From contig JAHLWZ010000505.1 of assembly GCA_020536535.1 (NCBI GenBank), forward strand, positions 124,001 to 188,000: 64,000 nucleotides of DNA, in the 5' to 3' direction. Shown in pieces: positions 1 to 11,654 of the stretch (the stretch's first letter is position 1; each line of letters opens with the position of its first letter). The translations under genes were made by a program, and so were the position numbers. The notes under the pieces are model-generated. The model was given only the letters and a program-made list of their open reading frames with translations, was not told the DNA's origin and did not search any database. Origin of the DNA: Pelomyxa schiedti (lineage: Eukaryota; Protista; Evosea).

Positions 1-1
1 G

Positions 2-109
2 TTTGAAGGACAGGAGACCGCCGAACTGCCGGAGCAAATTCTGTTTGCAATGCGCTTGTATCACGTGGACCTGGAATCCATTTTCCAAAGGATACCCTGG
101 TACAGGTGA
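2..109 (+). CDS. Possible 3' end of an upstream gene (partial, unknown product)
   Basis: Open frame FEGQETAELPEQILFAMRLYHVDLESIFQRIPWYR-stop from the window edge; no recognisable motif. Confidence 0.3.
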   Translation, partial: FEGQETAELPEQILFAMRLYHVDLESIFQRIPWYR

Positions 110-311
110 AGATGTGTGCAAAACACACGCTCCAAGTGCACTCGGAATGGAAACAAACTCCAGAGTGCCCTACGCCTGCTGATATTTCTGACTATACTAT
201 CTCCACCATTAATGTTTTTTCATGAAAAGGAATGGTGTGGTTGTAGCTCAGCATTCCTGTTTTAAAAAAACAAACCTCGTTTTGGAAAAAAATCACAAAA
301 ACAAGCTTCTT

Positions 312-2824
312 CTAGGCGTTGTGGTTTATTGGTGTGAGGCCACAAACGAGGCCTGTGGTTGGGTCTCGTAGAGTACAACCAGCGGGCAGAGTAATGAGTC
401 CTTGTTCCCATCCACTGAGCTGTTTGAGGTCATCTAGGACCTGGTTGGTCCCCCAGTAGGGGTGTTCGCGGATATCACCTATGAACTTGGTTGAAAAATA
501 GTGGGGAAGGGAGTTTGTGTTTACCTGTTGTATTGTGCGCTAGGGTTACACATTCAATTCCGTTGATTGTTACTGTGTGGTAAGAGTCGAGAACCAGGCT
601 GTAAACGAAGTCGCATTTGCGTGGAACGCACTTCTCAATTTGTGCTGGGAACTGCCACTTTCCATCCACATAGATAGGGTGCCACGGTGTAATAAGTAAA
701 CCACCACTGAGTTCGACCATGCATTCTTGCCCCTCATTGCACTCGGTTCTTAGTATGCACTTTATGACGGCGGGACCTGTGCTTGAAACGGTATCTCCGC
801 TGTGCAAGTCACATACTTTTTTCCATGAATTGTCAGCCATGAGTATCATGCAGTGACCAGCAAAGCACGGATTGGATGAACAGTTATACGAACTCATGCT
901 TGTCACACTTGTCTGACTGGCCCTTGAAGAAGTACTTGATGAAGTACTTGATGAGGTGCTGCTGGGGGGTTTTGCCTTGACTTGCGGTACGGGTGGTGGA
1001 AGTTTGACGAATATGTCATCAGCTTCATCCCGCAGCTTGCCTTTTTATTTTTTTGGTTGGCTATTATTTTGAGTACCGAAAATACCAAAGAGTTCACTTC
1101 CATAGACTTGGACTCCAGGATCCTAAGTGAGTAGTTTAGGAACCTAAAACAACAACTAATACCTTGAAGTTGTTGCACTGCTCTAAAAAGTGAGCTCTCC
1201 ATAAAGATGGGAGATAGTGCTTCCCCCATTTATTGTACCAGTCCTGTCTTGGGATTATTAGAAACGACACTTGCCGAATAGTCAATACACCTGCTGAAAG
1301 CTTCTGTTGCTTGTCCACTAGCATCTTGAAGGAGGGCTGCCAATCGAGGGTCGTCTAATGCCGGCGAGGCTTGGATTTCAGTAACCACGGACGCTACCTT
1401 CCCTTGAGCTCCTGTAAGAGTTGCTCTCATTCCGGTATTTATTGCTTCACAAAATAGGAGCCTGAACTTGTGCATTTGAATCTCAGAGGTGTCGCTTGTC
1501 ACCGAGGTGCTAGAAGCAGAGGTATCTGCTGGAGGGGCTGTGGGTTCTACATACTCACAGGTTACACAAGTCTCGGATGTCTCCGCCACTGCACGGTAAG
1601 TGATGGCTATTCGGGCACATGGTTGACCAGGGGGTGGTACATGGTCGAGGTGGCAGACAATATGCCGTGGTTGACCGTACTGAAGGGGAGGGATGGAAAT
1701 CTCAGCATTGTCGTTACTTTTTACATCAGTGTAGCCATAAATCTTTCCAATGGTACAGCCGGGATGTGGTAGAATACGTAGGATAGCTGGAGTAGTCATT
1801 GTTGTGAGGAGATTGGCAATAGCATGAACAAATGTGGTGCCCTGTAGCAACTTGCTTAATGGCACAATCAAATTGAAAAAAAACTTTACCACAAATGAAC
1901 TGTCAGGAATGAACGCATAAATGCCATTTCCAACCAATGCAAAGTCATTCATGAGTTTACTGTCTAAGTTGTACCTGAAGTGAAGTGAGAGAAGGTCGAG
2001 ACTACAGCAAGAAAGCTCACCCAAAACCAAAAGAATTTATGGTGCAGGGTAGCCCATTTGCTTGGATCCATTTTTGAAGTGCAACTCTGTCACCTCCAGG
2101 TGGACTGATGTTAGGTTGTCCATCAGTGAGAATAAGAACAGCGGAACAGCGACTTGTATTACCACCGGATTTCAACTGTTCTAGTCCTCTTTTTTAAAGT
2201 GGCAAATGACGGACGCATTAGAAAGGTTTGGCATTTCAAGGCGGATACTTCAAGAGACCATCCCACAAATTAGTGGAGCCTTCTGTGTGCATTACATCAA
2301 GAATTTTCTTGGGCAAAGGTAAGAGAATGGGTCAGAAACAAGGAAATTCAAACTTCAGCCTTTGATACACCCAAAGCATCCATACGAGTGAGTGAAAGTC
2401 TGACGTCGGCAGTACTGGAATATGCAATAAGTGCTAGCCTATCTTGTGCTGATAGAGTGTGAACAACTGTTCTCACAGCGTGTTTGACGATATCTTTTGA
2501 GGACCAAAGAGTAAGATGTCTCAGAAAAATCCAAACAAAAAGAGACCCAAAATAGTAAGTCCAGTGCTCTCCAAGTCTCCAGTTGCATTTTTGAAAGTAG
2601 CACTATCACTCATACTCCCGGAGATGTCGATTACACTAGGATTAAAGGTCACCACAGCCACAGCAATTTCAAAGGGGGTATGGTAAAATGAAGGTGAACC
2701 AAGCAATATCCAACGGAGAACGCTTTGTCGCCACAGGCGGTTCAATTGTGACCATAAGATCTCCACCACTCGCAGTGGCCTTAATGCCCACAACCGACGG
2801 TGACGTACTCGTGGTTGCTGCCAT
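312..2824 (-). CDS. vWA + Vwaint + Vint (Hint/intein-like) domain protein, multi-exon
   Basis: ATG at 2824 (MAATTSTSPS...); MIDAS-type DISGSM; Vwaint-like YNKWGKHYLPSLWRAHFLEQCNNFK; Hint SNPCFAG...ITPWHPI...DFVYSLVL...VTLAHNT; spliced last exon DIREHPYWGTNQVLDDLKQLSGWEQG...RDPTTGLVCGL, stop at 312. Confidence 0.9.
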
Positions 2825-2931
2825 CTCCTTGTTTATTTTCTAAAAAAAAAAAACAACGAACGATCTACACATTACCGACGAACGGATGCCAATTTTTTCT
2901 TTTTTTTTTCTTGTCCTGGCGTAAGGGGGCA

Positions 2932-5569
2932 TCAATTGGAACCCACAATACTGAGGGGGATTGTGAGCCGTATGTCTCTGGAGGACGCACATATTTGGAT
3001 CAGGTAATCACCAGCCGAAATCAGCCAAGAGTGGGCCTGGGTGCCCCAGTACGAAAAGTCACGTGGCAAGAGCGTGAATGTTACGGCGTGGGTTTGCTTG
3101 GGATCCAGGCCTATCTTGGTGAATCCCTTGAGTTCCTTTTCGGGCCGTGGTACTTCGGGTGTTGAAGGTGCACGCACATACAATTGGACGACCTGGAAGT
3201 TGTGTTGGGTTTTTTTTTAGTTGGAGGTTTTTTGGTGTTTTGAGAGATAGGCAAACCTCTTTTCCAAAGGATGTTCCGGTATTGCTTACAGAACAGGTCA
3301 CTTGCAGAGGAGCCCCGAGTGAATCAGGAGCATTGGGCTGCTTAATTATCTTCAATGTTGCGGAACTGACCGCGATATCACTGTACTGAAAGGTTGTGTA
3401 GGATAACCCAAACCCGAAGCAGAATAACGGCTCGGTAGCACTGTCATATTGTCTGTATCCCACGAAGATATCTTCCGCGTAGGATACGTTCACCTGTGCC
3501 CTCCTTCCTCCTTTGGCTTCCTTGTTGCAGGGATAGGATTGATTTGCTGCACAGTCTTCAATGCACCTTGGAAAAGTGACGGGGAGTTTGCCACATGGAT
3601 TGGTTCCTCCAAGAAGCACAGAAGCAATGGCTCTGTCACCGCAACACCCAGGGTAGCCAACCCATAGAACAGCCGCCACCTCAGAGAGCCAGGGCGCGGC
3701 AAACGCACTTCCAATTTCAACAACAACTATCGTCCTCGGATTTGCGCGAGCTATCTCCGTTATGTCTCTGTCCTGATCAAATGGTAAATTGAGGCTCGGC
3801 CTGTCACGTTTCTCTCCTTCGTACAGTGGAGGTGCACCAGCAAAGAAAACGACGATATCAGCATGCACAAATGCCTTGGGATTGTTGTTTGTGCTGGCAA
3901 CGTGCTGAAAATTGATGTGCGGAGGGAGAGCTGCATGAAGTGTCGCCGCAGGGTTGACTTCCACGAACTGTGGAATCGCGGCACTCCCTGCCCCACTGAT
4001 TGTGAGCGAGTGCGAGTTTGGTCCACAAACGATCAGAGAGTGTATGGTGTCGCATTTCAGTGGGAGAATGCCATTGGCGTTCTTAAGAAGTACGAAGCTC
4101 TCAGCAGCAGCACTGGTTGCAGTTTCGGCATGTTTCCTTGTGTCAGGATTCTAACTGGTGCTTCAGTTAAGCGTTATACTATCCCCAAGCAACGCAACCG
4201 TTACCTTGGGTGCTTTCGTTTTTAATCTTGAGGCTAGATTCAGTATTCGTTCCCCGGACCGGTCTACAATTTTGTCTGGAATACTTCTCAATGCCGTCAT
4301 ATCGTCTGCTGATGGTGGTCCGGGCATTTTCAAGTCAAGGCCTGACATTATGCAAGGCCCAATCACGCGTGCTGCTCCCCAGTCAGAAACAACAACCCCC
4401 CCAAAATTCCATTCATCTCTAAGAATCTCAGTGAGAAGATACTTGTTTGCGCTGCAGTATTGGCCATTGACTGGAAGTATTTGTTAGTGATAATGCTGGG
4501 TGTGTTTACTATTGAATCACCAATGTTATAAGCTGACATGACAGCATCAACCCTTGCCTCCAACACTGCTGCCTCAAAGGCAGGAAGGTATATCTCTCGC
4601 AGAGCTCTCTCTGTCACGATGACATTGGCCTGCTTGCGGAACTCTTCCTGGTTATTGCAAGCGAAATGTTTGACACAGGAGGCCACTCCAACGGAATGCA
4701 AACCGGATATAAAAGACACACATGTTCTGAAAACTGTTGAATTGATTCCAAAGAGGACCATTGTCATACCTTGATGCTAAAAAGGGATCTTCAGAGAATG
4801 ACTCGAAAGTCCTCCCTCCAAGTGGGTGCCTTATTTTTACTTAGACTCACGAAAAATGAACACCAAATTTGGCACCTCACAATGTTGACACAGGGACCCA
4901 GCAACATGTTAACGCCAATGCTGGTTGCCTCCTCTCCAATAGATTTTCCCACTTCTGAGATAAGCTGGGTGTCCCAACTGGATGCCAAGTTTATCTAAAA
5001 AATATAAATGAAGATTTTGCAGGTACTGTGCAGTGGGGAGTGGCAGGGAAAGGGCAAAAACCAACCCCAGTAGGAAAAGAAGTGGTTGCAAAGCGTTTCT
5101 GGTGATGCCTTGTATTCACACCATGAGGTCCATCACTCATAAAAATTCGTGTGTACGCTGCAGTCCACCTTGAGTTGTTTTTTGTTTTTTTTTTTTTACA
5201 AGAAAGTAACAAGATATCACAACATGAAACTCCTGGCGACTGGGTGGTAACAACACCAAGAAACAAACACTAACATGCAAACACACACACATACGAGCTG
5301 TCTCCCACCAACAGCCTCCTTCGTTCCACTGGGCTCATGTGTTCCACTGGTCCCGTAATCTGTGACACATTATCAAGCGTGGTCGACGCACATGTTGACG
5401 TTGACGTCGACGTCGAGGTAGATGTAGCATTAGTGGCATGATCGGTAGCGTGGTTGGCCACCTCGCCACCACGTGTGCTGTTGGTCGTGAATATGGGACC
5501 AACACGGCCCCGCCCCCCGTTTCCACGTCTGCCCCGCGAGCCACAACGACAGCCCCTGCCCCGATCCAT
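2932..5569 (-). CDS. Glycoside hydrolase family 3 beta-glucosidase with C-terminal Fn3-like domain, multi-exon
   Basis: GH3 motifs SDGPHG, ASSWD, GPCVNIVR, CVKHFACNNQE, LREIYLPAFE, VVSDW (nucleophile), EGEKRDR, GKLPVTFP, YAEDIFVGYR, FGFGLSYTTF and Fn3-like ELKGFTKIGL...FSYW. Start codon uncertain. Confidence 0.92.
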
Positions 5570-6381
5570 ACGCAGACTACGTTTCAAATTTGAAATTGTT
5601 TCCTCGTCGTCCCATTATTCCGTTCACCGGGCCGCTGGTGGGTTTATTAGGGGCATTATGACCCTATTTACCGGAGTCCCCGACAAAACAACAAATTGAC
5701 TGAAATCAACAACTCCCCCCCCTCAGCACCTTCAAAGAAGATGAAACAAAAAAGGAAAACACAGGAAAAGAAGAAAAGTGACCAAAAGGGAAACCAAGCC
5801 GCGACTGCAGCGGGGTTCGGATGAATCGGTTGCAGAAAACCCCCACACAAACTCCTGGAGTGGAACCCGGGTTGCGCCCCTCGCGGTGGTTGGGCTGTGG
5901 GCAGATCCATTCACGAAGGGGCACAGCCCCTCATGGACAGAGAATAGCCAGTCCTCTCAGGCCTCTGACGGTCACGTGAACCCCCCGGCCTGTGTCTTCC
6001 TCAAGGGGACTATTTTTTGCTCTTTTTTTATTTTGGGTCCTGTCACGACAGCGTTGCACTTTGTACACTCGAGAAGTGGCGTGCACCAACGTCCCAGCAC
6101 TTTTTCGTGGACAGACAGTTCGGAGTGAACCACTCTGGTATATCGCGAGACTGCTATTTCACTGTTCGGTTGGTTTTTTACCAACTTCGTGGCGTTACAA
6201 AAGTGACCCAGCATGCTCAGTTGCAAGATTTGGCTGATAACAGCTGCACGGAATTAAATACAGTGGGGAGGTCTGGGGACTGATTTGCCTTACAAAGTTT
6301 CTCCCTTTTTTGTGGTTCTTGTTGTTGACTATTTTCACTTGTTGTTATGGTTGGAGGGTAAAATTATCAAGTGGTCACATC

Positions 6382-7080
6382 TCAAGAGGAACTTGTTGAT
6401 GTTGTGGAAGGCAGCGGAGACACCACGGGAGTCATAGATCCCACAGTCACAACACTGCTGGAAGGAGGAGATAGAGTGTGGTGTGAGTGTGACTGCGCCG
6501 CCGTGGCCTCGGTGGCATCCACAGCCATAAGGCTCCTCTCTTGCTCCAGCTGTTTTCGTATCTTGGATTCCTCCTCGGCTCTGAGCTGAAGCCTGCGCTG
6601 CTGAAGCTTCAGGGCACGCTGCTTCACCCGGTCTGTGCGTTCAGTGACTGTGTACATGTCACGTTTTAGCTGCACTAGCTTCTGTTGGTATACAGATGCG
6701 GCGCTGAACTGTGGTGGTTAGTTGCAGTTTGTTGTAGAGGTGGGACAAAGAGAGAATTTTGCTTGAAGTTAAAGTTATTGTTGCGTTGGTAGTTGGGGTA
6801 AAGGAAAATGATAATAGCAAAAGGGAAATTATCAATCACTTACGACATCAATAAGTCCCGATTTTGAAATGGAACTTAGCTCTTCATTTTCTTTGTGGAT
6901 AGCAGCAATGATGTGCTCTTGTGATTGACTGTCGGCACACGCATTAATCAACAAAGCTGGGAACAAAACTGGATCGAGTAGGGCAAATTACCTCACCTCT
7001 CGCAGTTTTTGTATCAATACATCAATTGGTTTGACTGTCACGTCCAACGCTCCCTCCAACAACACCGCAGTCTCACCCAT
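6382..7080 (-). CDS. BLOC1S6: BLOC-1 subunit 6 (pallidin)-like protein
   Basis: Spliced product contains YQQKLVQLKRDMYTVTERTDRVKQRALKLQQRR...EEESKIRKQLEQERSL, resembling the pallidin C-terminal helix (..KLVNIRKEM..KRALKLQQKR..); ATG at 7080 (MGETAVLLEGAL). Confidence 0.7.
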
Positions 7081-7176
7081 CGTTGTTGATTTCCCTTCAA
7101 AAGTTCGTTTGTGTTCAGTTTACACGAACAGATAGTAGATGGTTTTTTTGATTTCGGCGCCGCTTTTTGTGGTTGC

Positions 7177-8968
7177 TCAGGGAGCCGTGTGGAGGTACAC
7201 TGAGGCATCCCAGGAGCCGGAGAGCAGGCATGATCCATCAGGAGACATAGATACACAAGATACTCTGTTCTGGGCTACTGATGAACGCCATACTGGTTGG
7301 CCAGTCAACACACTCCACCCATTGATTTGGATGTCATCACTGCCGCAGAATAGGATGTGGCCGCTCAGCGAAAAGTCGGCTGAGGTCAGGCCGCCAGCGC
7401 TCCGTTCGTACATGAAGATATTTGCCAGCATGTTCTGCCTTATGTCATAAACGCGGCACCCAAGATCGTCTGCAAGTTTCAATTAGCAAATTTCATCTCT
7501 GATATCCGACACTTACCAGAGGCAGCTGCGAGCAGTGTTCCATTCGAGGAAAATGTTACACAGTTTACATCTGAATTGGCTCCAGCGAAAACAGTAATCG
7601 GCGTGGCCGGGCACCTGATATCATACAACGAAGTCAGGGCATTGCAGCCGCCAGTGGCAATGATGTTTGTATTCGCTGAGTTTACACAGACCGACATCAC
7701 ATCTGCCTCTCATGGAATCAGTGTGTTTAAGAGGTGTCACAGGAGAAAAAAAGAATACCGGATGTGGGTGTCTGAAGGTGGTTATCAAAGTGCTTGTTTC
7801 TACTTCGTGCAACATGCAGGACGAATCTCCTGACGCTGATAGTATCTGATTTTCGCTGAGGAACTTTATGCACGATACATATCCAGTGTGTTGTGAAAAC
7901 CGGTGGACAACTTCCCCAGACTGTCCAACTCTCTTGTGAACAGTGGTAGTATCTAAACAAGGAGGTATTTTTATGAAAAACTGTGAGGATGGTTTCTGCA
8001 TACTATCAAGACCACCAGATGCAACAAACTGGCACGATGGAGAAAGGGCACAGGCCATCACCCACGAAGATGCCAGGGTGATAGTATTTTCATGCGTAGC
8101 TGTTTGGTTTTCCCACCTCTGTGGAGGAATGATTCATTAGGTTCAAGAAAGCAGTTGAGTGACAAGGAACATACGTGAACCTGGACTGTGCCATCTTGTG
8201 AGGCAGAGGCAAACGTGTTACAATCACCCCAAGTGCAGGCATAAACTTTTGCATAATGCTTGGAAATACGCAGTGAATTCTTGAACCCGCATTTCCACCC
8301 TTTGGCACCGCCCAGAATACTGATCTTCGGGTTTTCAGATGGTTGTGAGTTGATCCCAGGCAGAAGAGAGCTTATCACAGCAACTGCCTTCTGAGCGATT
8401 CCGTAGGAACTCTTAATAGAGGCAGCAATAGACCCTTGTATAGCAGCGGGGTCCCTCCCCAACGTCACTCGACCACATGCCCCAAACCAACAAGGCAGCC
8501 CTCCTTTCAGTTCGTAAACCTGTCAGTTGATGTAAAGCCACAAATATATATATATATTGGTGCACCAGCACACGGCACGTGCGCGCAACTCAAACTCACA
8601 CAAGACCACGCACGTACCATCCTGTGCCACTTTTTGCACACGAGGACCAGCCTCATCATTGCCTCGAACAGTCCCAATTCATCCAGCAGCATTTGGCTCA
8701 TCAGCCCGCCGGCGGCCAGCACCCGCACCCTCGCCCTCTTGTCGGTGTAGTCCACAGGACTCTCGTGCCGTGCCGATTGCGCCGCAGTCGCAGTGGCGGG
8801 CGCGGTGGAGTCGACGGCAGCAGCACCGCCGTTGGTGCTGACGGGGGATGCCACGGCGGCAGTGTGGTCTGGTTCTTGTTGGTGCTGATGGGAAACGGCA
8901 TCGAGCCATGGCTTGCTCAGGACCATGGACAAAATCAGGTGCACAACGTCTTCGGGAAGGGTCTGCAT
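7177..8968 (-). CDS. F-box-like N-terminus fused to a G-protein beta-subunit-like WD40 propeller
   Basis: MQTLPEDVVHLILSMV...LVLVCKKWHRMV (interrupted F-box), then G-beta signature repeats HYAKVYACTWG..ASASQDG, VMACALSPSCQFVASGGLD, HTGYVSCIKFL..ILSASGDSSC, SDVNCVTF, GLTSADFSLSG, NRVSCVSMSPDG..SGSWD. Confidence 0.85.
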
Positions 8969-9096
8969 TGCGTAGGTGTTGTGGAGAAGAACGTTGGATT
9001 TCAATCCGCTTTTTCAGTTCAATCAAATGGCCGAATAAAATAATCAATGAACCGAACATGCGTTTTCCTTGAAATTATCATCTCTTCCGCCAATTG

Positions 9097-11386
9097 TCAG
9101 GCCCAACAAATCAGTTTGTACCTCTCCCCTTGTCGTGTTGGAAAGAAATGCTGGCGATGCTCGTTTGGTGGTCCGCACCGGCTCTCAGGTTTACCCCTCA
9201 AACCCCAACTGAGACGATGGAAACAACATGGTCCATCGATAGTTTTCTGGCACCTGGAAGACCCAGTGTAATCGTAGTAACGTTGGCCGCAGCGGTCGCC
9301 GTACCACTCGTAGTAATCACGGTTTGGTATCCTGGCGGTGCAGACATCATTAGCTGTATCACAGCCTTGGTTGATTTCTATGATCTGGTTGTGGGAGAAT
9401 CCAAAGGCCAACCCTTCCACAAAGTACCAATACACTCCTCTGTGTTCAGTTGCCTGAGTTGCTGACTTTGTTCTCATGCATACCTGTGACCGTCTGCCTG
9501 CTGCTGCCAGCTCGAAACACTTTGGGTTGGTCTGAAGTGGGTTTGGGTTAGTACCTGCGGAAGAGTGAAGAGGTGACACACTCCACTGAAAACAGCTACC
9601 AGAATCCATTCACCTTTCCCTGGGTCAATATCCTCTACTCTGGTTGGCTCGTTCACTGACTGCATGTAGTGAATAGTCCACCCAGTTGCAAGAATCCACT
9701 CCGGAGGGTTTTGTTGAACTCCTTCTGGGCACCACAATGTGAACCTCGCACCAGTCAGGTTGGCACCAGTTATAAAAATAGAACCAAGATATGCTTCAGT
9801 GAGGTTGGCCAGAGTCAGATTGGCTCCAGTGACTTTGGTTGTATCACAGCCCTGCTGGAATGTACTGAGGGTAGCACCAGAAAGATTAGCTTTTATCATG
9901 GTGGCACCCTCAAAGTTGCAAGCCGAACATTTACCAGATATATTGGCACCACTTAGATTCGACATTGAGAAGTTGGTAGGTCTGCCGCTACACCAGATTG
10001 TTGCATTTGTTAGATTGAGATTCGCGAAATTGCCGTCGCAAAAGAGCTTAGCATCGGTGAGGTTGGCACCAGTGAACGTGGCATTGGCACCAGAGTCGCT
10101 TCTTATGTTGGCCCCTATGAGACTGGATTTTGTGAAATTGGTATTTGTTAAGTTGGCAGACTCCAGTACGGCACTCATAAGGTCAGCACCTGTGAGATTA
10201 GCATCAGTGAGGTTGGCAGAGCTGAGCGTGGCACCAGAGAGCTTTGCACTTGTGAAGTCGACCTTGGTAAGATCACAACCAGACAAGTTGGCCTTGGTCA
10301 GGTCGGAATTACATAACACGGCACCCTTGAGGTTTGATCCAGAAAGATTAGAGCCGGTGAAGAGGCAGTTCGTAAGATTGCTATCAGAGAAATCTGCCCC
10401 ACAGAGCTGCAACCCAGAGAAATTAAATCCAGAAAGGGTTCTACGTTGCAACACCACTTTTCCAGGCACAAGCATAAGCACCAAGTCTAAGAGATTTTCA
10501 TTTTTTTTTTGTCAACACTGTGAAAGCTTTTTCCAACTCTGAATGTTGACCAATAAGTTGCTGATGGGCACGTTCCACTTCACTCAGTTGAGTCAATAAA
10601 CTTTGAATCTTGGCATCTGCGGCTTTTGTGATTGCATTCAGTGCAGGAGCTACCATTGCTATAACACATGATTCCACATGTGCGTTGAGCTTGTTTCTTG
10701 GCCCTGACCAATTGCAGTGTGGTTGGGAAGTACACGGAACATAAGTGAGCGCACATTCATTTTTCTCATGCTGTGCCATGTTGGCTGGAGCAACCTTATT
10801 TCCGCATTTTGGACAATCTATTTCAAGTCATCAATATTTTCAACAGTAAGACTGAAAATAAACACACCTACAGGGCACACAAGAAGATGGGAGGAGAGTG
10901 ACACTCTTTGGCATCCCTTTCCACATATGGGGCATAGAACTGGGAGGGCATCAAGTTTGGAAAGCATTGCTTTGGCAGTTGCTGGCCTGACATTTTGGGA
11001 CGTTATTGTTTCTCCACATGATGTACACGTTCCCTTGAGGGATCAGTTCAACTATCACGTTTACTTCTAAATCTTAATCATGTACACACTATAGTCTAAT
11101 AATTCACAGGTTCTCCTTTTTCTTATTGAAGTACCACAGGCTGGCAATCAGTGCAAATCCAAGAACCACAATCGTGAATGACAGGCTTGAAAGCGGGTTT
11201 ATTGCACACAGCACACACGGTACGCTGGTCCCAATCCGACTCACTTGTGTACAAAAACCCACTGGTGCTATTATGGGACGCAGTTGTAGTAGTTGTAGTA
11301 GTAGCCGTATATGTCTCGGTGCATCCCACAATAGTGCCTGTGGTACCCGGAGGGCACGCAGTTTGTGCTGCAGCAGAGTCACCCAT
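9097..11386 (-). CDS. RING-like/TRAF-type zinc finger + coiled coil + pentapeptide-repeat protein with an uncharacterised C-terminal domain
   Basis: CAVCNKPAFKPVIHDCG; CPICGKGCQRVSLSSHLLVCP; CPKCGNKV..AQHEKNEC..VPC..HCNWSG..HVESC; about 200 aa of A(D/N)LxxA(D/N)L repeats (9720-10440); C-terminal GVYWYF..FGFS..RLSW domain. One N-terminal splice junction unresolved. Confidence 0.8.
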
Positions 11387-11654
11387 CGAAAAAAAATTCG
11401 ACTTTCGAAGAAACCTTTTTCTTTGTTGTTGAAATGTCGGCTACGGAGCCAACTTGCCCCCCGCCACCAGCACCTCCTCCCCCAGCGTTGAAAGCACCAC
11501 CAAAAGCTGCTGAGCCGGACAAAACTGTATGAAAGATGCACAATGATTTAATGTCATTTCACTGCTGTGGCGTTTTTTTTTTTCATTCAGACGTTTTTCC
11601 TCACTGCACTTTTGAAAGGTTGTCTCTGGTGTGCTTTGTTTGCCATGGAAGAGC

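Noticed and set aside
5830-5900. tRNA-like T-arm string on the minus strand (CCGGGTTCCACTCCAGG)
   Set aside because: The T-loop is non-canonical, the stem has a mismatch, and there is no matching acceptor or D arm; not called as a tRNA.
5920-6290. RNase P/MRP-like motifs (AGTCCCC with GGGGCT; GGGAGGTCTGGGGACT)
   Set aside because: Spacing and flanking helices do not fit P/MRP architecture; short motifs are expected by chance.
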